Positions 43,384-48,141 of a DNA stretch of 48,141 bases are shown here, piece after piece (within the stretch, counting starts at the first letter, position 1; each line of letters begins with the position of its first letter). The DNA lies in the NCBI GenBank assembly GCA_963929525.1, contig CAWVJB010000038.1:1-48141 (forward strand). Direction: 5' to 3'. This DNA is from Bacillota bacterium (GTDB lineage Bacteria; Bacillota; Clostridia; TANB77; CAG-508). The notes under the pieces were generated by a model. That model did no database searches and was not told the origin of the DNA. It saw only the letters and a list, made by a program, of their open reading frames with translations. A program made the position numbers and the translations under genes.

Positions 43384-44904
43384 TTGAGTAGAGGAAGAAG
43401 ATATGAGGAACCAAAGTTAAATCTAAAAAAAGTTTTCGCAGTGATTTTAGCATTTGTTGTGATCATTATGTCTGTATTTATTATAAAAGGAATATTTGAA
43501 AAAGAAAGTAATAAAGGACAAATTGCAAGTAAAACATATTTTGCTGCTTTTGAAAATAACAAATGGGGGGTTATTGATGAAAATGGAGATTTTGTCATAG
43601 ATCCTTCATATGAAGAAATGGTCATTATTCCAGATAATAAAACAGATATTTTTCTTTGTACATATGATGTGAACTATGACACAGGTGAATATTCAACAAA
43701 AGCATTAAATCATGACAATCAAGAAATTTTTACAGACTACTCAAAAGTGGAAGCTATCAGCAATCATGATGAAAATGATAATTTATGGTATGAACAAAAT
43801 GTCTTAAAAGTTCAAAAAGATGGCAAATGGGGAATAATTGATTTTGAAGGAAAAATATTATTAGATACACAATATGATAACATTGAGACAATACCAGGAT
43901 TAGAAAATGTTATATTAATACAAAAAGATGGAAAATATGGTGTGGTAGATAAGGAAGGAAGAGTGATTTTAGACACAAATTATAAATCAATTACCAATTT
44001 AGGAAAAAATAGTATAGATGGTTATATTGTGCAAGATGATACAGGATTATATGGTATTGTAGATTCTTCTAAAAAAGTGATTTTGCCAAATCAATATCAA
44101 GAAATTGAAAAAGTATATGGAAATAATTTATATGTGGTTTCCCAAGATGGAAGTCAAAAAGTAATTCGTGGTAATGGAGAAGAAGTTTTAACTCAAGGGT
44201 TTGAAGAAATTGAAGCTATATTAAAAACAGAAAATGAAGGGGTCATTTATATTTTAAATGGAAAATATGGTGTTATGAATTTAACAGGAGAAGTTTTAAT
44301 CGATGCACAGTATGATGCTCTAGTAGAGGCAAAACCAAATATTTTTATTGCTACAAAAGATGGAAAACAAGGGATTGTGGATATAGAGAACCAAGAAAAA
44401 GTGCCATTTCAATATTCTTCAATTATCTATAATGAAACAGGGGATATTTATGTAGCTGAAGATGAAAGTTTTCATAGTCATATCATGAATAGTAATTATG
44501 ATGTACAATTGACTGGAATCTTAATTGAGATGAATACAGATAAAGGGTATTTTGAATTAAGACAAGATGATACTTATAAATATTATAATTTTAGGTTTGA
44601 AGAAAGAGATAAGAAAGAAATTTTAACAAACAATACATTATATTTAGATAAAAAGGATAATAAATACGGATTTGTAGACAAAAATGGAAATGTTGTGGTA
44701 GAATATGTATATGATGATGCAACAGAACAAAATGCCTATGGATTTGCTGCTATCAAGAAAGATGGAAAGTGGGGAGCAATTAATAATAAAGGTGAAGTTG
44801 TACAAGAACCAATTTATACCTTAGATGATTATTTATTGATTGATTTTATTGGAAAGTGGCACTTAGGTAAAGATTTAAATATGAATTATTATAATAAAGA
44901 GTAG
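43384..44904 (+). CDS. WG-repeat-containing membrane-anchored protein
   Basis: TTG after GGAGG; N-terminal TM; repeated K[WY]G-ID--G--I----Y units. Confidence 0.85.
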   Translation: MSRGRRYEEPKLNLKKVFAVILAFVVIIMSVFIIKGIFEKESNKGQIASKTYFAAFENNKWGVIDENGDFVIDPSYEEMVIIPDNKTDIFLCTYDVNYDTGEYSTKALNHDNQEIFTDYSKVEAISNHDENDNLWYEQNVLKVQKDGKWGIIDFEGKILLDTQYDNIETIPGLENVILIQKDGKYGVVDKEGRVILDTNYKSITNLGKNSIDGYIVQDDTGLYGIVDSSKKVILPNQYQEIEKVYGNNLYVVSQDGSQKVIRGNGEEVLTQGFEEIEAILKTENEGVIYILNGKYGVMNLTGEVLIDAQYDALVEAKPNIFIATKDGKQGIVDIENQEKVPFQYSSIIYNETGDIYVAEDESFHSHIMNSNYDVQLTGILIEMNTDKGYFELRQDDTYKYYNFRFEERDKKEILTNNTLYLDKKDNKYGFVDKNGNVVVEYVYDDATEQNAYGFAAIKKDGKWGAINNKGEVVQEPIYTLDDYLLIDFIGKWHLGKDLNMNYYNKE

Positions 44905-44914
44905 TCTATTTAAA

Positions 44915-45151
44915 CGTTACCATTCAGACTTAACCAATCTTTCAGAAATGTTATGTTATTTTGTTAAGATTCTCGGCTACCCTTCGATTCCCATTTAAGA
45001 AATTCTAAAGCCAAAACTATAACAATACCTGGAAACAGGACCCTTTATAGTTTTTGCTTAAGTATTTCTAAAATGACTCCGGTCTCATTCGAATTCTTAA
45101 CAAAATATAACATAACATCCCCAGAAGGTTAATTAGGTCTGAACGGTAACG
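44915..45151. repeat. Long palindromic intergenic element, family 1 (longer form)
   Basis: Terminal IR CGTTACCATTCAGAC...GTCTGAACGGTAACG, imperfect arms of about 55 bp, an internal hairpin, and the core shared with 2075-2215. Confidence 0.85.
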
Positions 45152-45173
45152 CAAATTAATTTTAATAAAAAAG

Positions 45174-46415
45174 GTGATGAACATGGAACTAAAGATAAAT
45201 TATCAATATACATATTTTATACATCCTTTTGTGATTAAACAAAATAAATATCAGAAATATTTATTAAGATTATTAAAAGATGAAAATTGTAAATTAAAAA
45301 GATTTGAAAAGGAAAAAGATTTAAGATTATATAAGTATTTTACACCTAAAATGAGAGAAATACTCTTTTCGAGTTTTAGTTTTACAAATGAAAAGTATAC
45401 AAGATTTAAAGAAATGCCAATGGATACACAAGCAGCTGTGTTAGCAAAATATCCATGTACTATCTTTGAATATATTGTAAAAAAAGATATACAAGGTAAG
45501 GCAGATCAAGAAAATGGGATATTTTTTAGTATTCAAAAAATAGAAATTATTTGTTTTCAACCAGGAATTTGTTTTTTATGCATGAAAACAAATATTGAAG
45601 ATAATCCTTCTTTTTCGGATGTTTTGAATTTTAATTATAAGTTTAGAGATATTCAGCAAGATAATCGAACATTAAATGATTATGATAAAATCAATATACA
45701 AACAGATAGCTTTGCTAGTATAGATAAATTGACAGATTTTATAAAAAGAGTAACAGGATCCAATGTAGAAGCTATAAAATTAGATGTGGATACAGAAAGA
45801 TTTTTAACATATTCTTATGTTTGTATAGATCAGTCAGCATGGAATGTGGAAAATCCATTTGAGAATATAGAAAATAACTTTATTAAATTTGTTAGATTTT
45901 TACCAGCTGATAATTCTGCTAGTTTACGAGAGGATGATATTTTAGCATTATCAAAATGGAAATATACGAAAATGGGGATAACAAAACATGGTGTAACATT
46001 GTTTTCATCATCTATTGACATTAATAATTATACGATTCTACCAAGTGAATTTGAGCAACAATATTTATATACATATATATTTGAATTATATAAAAAAATT
46101 TATTTAAAGAAATTGAATTTAGAATTTAAACATCCAACAAAGTTGAAAATGGTCAGAAAGAAATTTATTCATTTTACAAAAAATATATGGATTCAAGAAT
46201 TAACAGAAGATGAGATAGGCACTTTGTTTGATAAAAAAGTAAAAGAAATTTTAGGATTAGAACAATTATATCGTGAAGTAAAAAATGAATATGATGTATT
46301 GTATAAAGATTTCAATATCGAAAAAAATAAAAATGTGACAATTGCTATTTCAATCATTTTAATTGCTTCATTAGTCTTTAATATATTAAATTTTGTGTTG
46401 TTATCAAAATATTAG
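45174..46415 (+). CDS. Hypothetical protein with C-terminal TM helix
   Basis: 413-aa ORF with host-like codon usage; no family recognised with confidence. Confidence 0.7.
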   Translation: MMNMELKINYQYTYFIHPFVIKQNKYQKYLLRLLKDENCKLKRFEKEKDLRLYKYFTPKMREILFSSFSFTNEKYTRFKEMPMDTQAAVLAKYPCTIFEYIVKKDIQGKADQENGIFFSIQKIEIICFQPGICFLCMKTNIEDNPSFSDVLNFNYKFRDIQQDNRTLNDYDKINIQTDSFASIDKLTDFIKRVTGSNVEAIKLDVDTERFLTYSYVCIDQSAWNVENPFENIENNFIKFVRFLPADNSASLREDDILALSKWKYTKMGITKHGVTLFSSSIDINNYTILPSEFEQQYLYTYIFELYKKIYLKKLNLEFKHPTKLKMVRKKFIHFTKNIWIQELTEDEIGTLFDKKVKEILGLEQLYREVKNEYDVLYKDFNIEKNKNVTIAISIILIASLVFNILNFVLLSKY

Positions 46416-46476
46416 TAGCAAGGAATTGGTTTGGTATAAAAGAAAAAAATTAAATGAAAAATGAGGAAGCAAAATT

Positions 46477-46851
46477 ATGAAAATCACTTGTGGAACAGAT
46501 ATCATAGAAATAAGCCGAATAAAAGAAAGTATAGAAAATTTAGGAAATAAATTCCTAGAGCGTGTATATACAAAAAAGGAAATTCGATACTGTGAAAGTA
46601 AAAAAAGTCAAAAATATCAGCATTATGCAGCTAGATTTGCAGCAAAAGAAGCAGTATTTAAAGCAGTATCTACTAAATTAGATAATAAATATGATATAGT
46701 GTGGAAGAATATAGAAATTGTCAATGATGAGACAGGAAGACCACATGCAGATCTAATCGAATTAAATATAGAAGAAATAGAAGAAATAGATGTTAGTGTA
46801 TCACATTGTAAAGAATATGCAGTGGCAAATGTTGTCGTCGCGTGGCGATGA
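46477..46851 (+). CDS. acpS: Holo-[acyl-carrier-protein] synthase
   Basis: GTDIIEISRI, YAARFAAKEAVFKA, G-P, VSVSH---YAVA. Confidence 0.95.
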   Translation: MKITCGTDIIEISRIKESIENLGNKFLERVYTKKEIRYCESKKSQKYQHYAARFAAKEAVFKAVSTKLDNKYDIVWKNIEIVNDETGRPHADLIELNIEEIEEIDVSVSHCKEYAVANVVVAWR

Positions 46852-47034
46852 TTTTGGGGATGGAGCGATGATTTTGGGTGATTTTGGGGACGGAGCGATG
46901 ATTTTGGGGACGGAGCGAAAAATCATCATTTAATATTTGTATCATTATGAATTTCTTAATTAATAACAAAAATGATGATTTTTCGCTCCGTCCCCAAAAT
47001 CATCGCTCCGTCCCCAAAATCACCCAAAATCATC
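46845..47034. repeat. Compound palindrome built from 20-bp tandem units, family 2
   Basis: 46867-46931 is the perfect reverse complement of 46970-47034 (65 bp) with a 38-nt AT-rich loop; unit GCGATGATTTTGGGGACGGA. Confidence 0.95.
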
Positions 47035-47055
47035 AATAAAGGAGGAATAAAGACA

Positions 47056-47859
47056 ATGGAATTTTTTGATAGTCATTGTCATTTAGATGATGAAAGATTT
47101 GACGAAGATAGAGAAAAACTAATTGCAGAGATTAAAAAAGCGGATATTACAAAGTTTATAACAGCAGGATATAGTATAGATGGCTCTATAAAAGGTGTGG
47201 TATTATCTCAAATATATGATGATATATATACGACTTGTGGAATTTCTCCAAATGATATTCCACAAGATGAAGATGAATTGTGGAAAGATATAGAAACTAT
47301 CAAAAATTTAGTGGAAGACCATATAAAAGATAAAAAAATTGTGGCGATTGGTGAGATTGGTTTAGACTATTATTGGGAAAAAGATTTACAAAGAAGAGAA
47401 TTACAAAGACAAGCTTTTATCAAACAAATTGAGATGGCAAATGCATTTGATTTACCCATTGTGATTCATACAAGAGAAGCTGTTATGGATACACTTGAGA
47501 TTGTAAAGAAACATACAGTAAATCAAAAAGGCGTTTTTCATTGTTGTCCATTCAATAGAGAATTAGTGAAAGAAGCGTTAAAGCTTGGTTTTTATATTTC
47601 ATTTGCAGGACCTGTGACATTTAAAAATTCTAAAAATGCAAATGAAATGATTGAGATGGTACCAAACGATAAAATGCTTATTGAAACAGATAGTCCTTAT
47701 TTAGCACCAGAGCCGGTTAGAGGAACTAGAAATGATCCGAGAAATGTGAAATATATTGCTCAAAAAATAGCAGAGGTAAAAGGGATGACTTTGGAAGAGG
47801 TTGCTAAGAGGACATATGAGAATGCAAAAGAAATTTTTGGGATAAAAATGTCGCATTGA
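47056..47859 (+). CDS. tatD: TatD family hydrolase/DNase
   Basis: ATG 47056 after GGAGG; FDSHCHL, AIGEIGLDYY, PIVIHTREA, GVFHC, LIETDSPYLAP. Confidence 0.95.
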   Translation: MEFFDSHCHLDDERFDEDREKLIAEIKKADITKFITAGYSIDGSIKGVVLSQIYDDIYTTCGISPNDIPQDEDELWKDIETIKNLVEDHIKDKKIVAIGEIGLDYYWEKDLQRRELQRQAFIKQIEMANAFDLPIVIHTREAVMDTLEIVKKHTVNQKGVFHCCPFNRELVKEALKLGFYISFAGPVTFKNSKNANEMIEMVPNDKMLIETDSPYLAPEPVRGTRNDPRNVKYIAQKIAEVKGMTLEEVAKRTYENAKEIFGIKMSH

Positions 47860-48140
47860 GTTCGTTTGTCAGTGCGACATTGAAAACAGGAGATATATTA
47901 GAAGAAAGATTGGCTTTATGAAATTTTAAAATGGTAGAAACACTACGGACGTACGAGGTACGTCCATTTTTTTGTGGTATAGGAAAAATCGCTTCTCCTA
48001 TACCACAAAAAAATAACATTGCACAGAAAAATTGCTACGCAATTTTTCGCGTCGACAAATCTTTACGCTTCTTCGAGAACTTAAATACATGTAGTTAAAT
48101 TAGAAAAGTAGAGAAAAGTTCTCGCGAAGCGAGATTTGTC
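47847..48140. repeat. Cluster of five hairpins downstream of tatD, including family 3 copy 2
   Basis: Stems at 47847-47881, 47947-47965, 47968-48012, 48026-48048 and 48054-48140. Confidence 0.7.
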
Positions 48141-48141
48141 C

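Noticed and set aside
42731-43453. 240-aa minus-strand ORF and the other short antisense or overlapping ORFs in the track
   Set aside because: They shadow well-supported plus-strand genes and lack recognisable motifs; this is expected from codon bias.
46845-46920. CRISPR array
   Set aside because: Units are directly tandem with no unique spacers, form one arm of a palindrome, and no cas genes are present.
46972-47055. N-terminal extension of TatD (MMIFRSVPKIIAPSPK...)
   Set aside because: It is a translation of the palindrome arm; the RBS and TatD homology start at 47056.

Overview
Very AT-rich chromosomal segment from a spore-forming, Clostridia-like Bacillota genome (inferred from spoIIE, CotF-like genes, mecA and the radC-mreBCD-pbp2-minC cluster). 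Housekeeping genes include prfA, pcrA, acpS and tatD. A 19.4 kb block holds four giant secreted, C-terminally anchored proteins arranged as two A-B operons; the B proteins carry thioester-domain-like motifs and one has an inserted dockerin. Main signal: two conserved genes, mreB and a ZIP metal transporter, are each split by a +1 frameshift at the same motif. In both, an in-frame CGG followed by A restores the family protein with the expected Gly if read as C-GGA. My manual scan found no in-frame CGG in any uninterrupted gene, which suggests lineage-specific recoding of CGG (+1 frameshift or quadruplet decoding); a sequencing artefact still has to be excluded. Intergenic DNA holds at least three families of palindromic REP/MITE-like elements, with stems of up to 65 bp. 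No rRNA, tRNA, CRISPR array, transposase or sortase was recognised. All domain calls are by motif recognition, without database searches.
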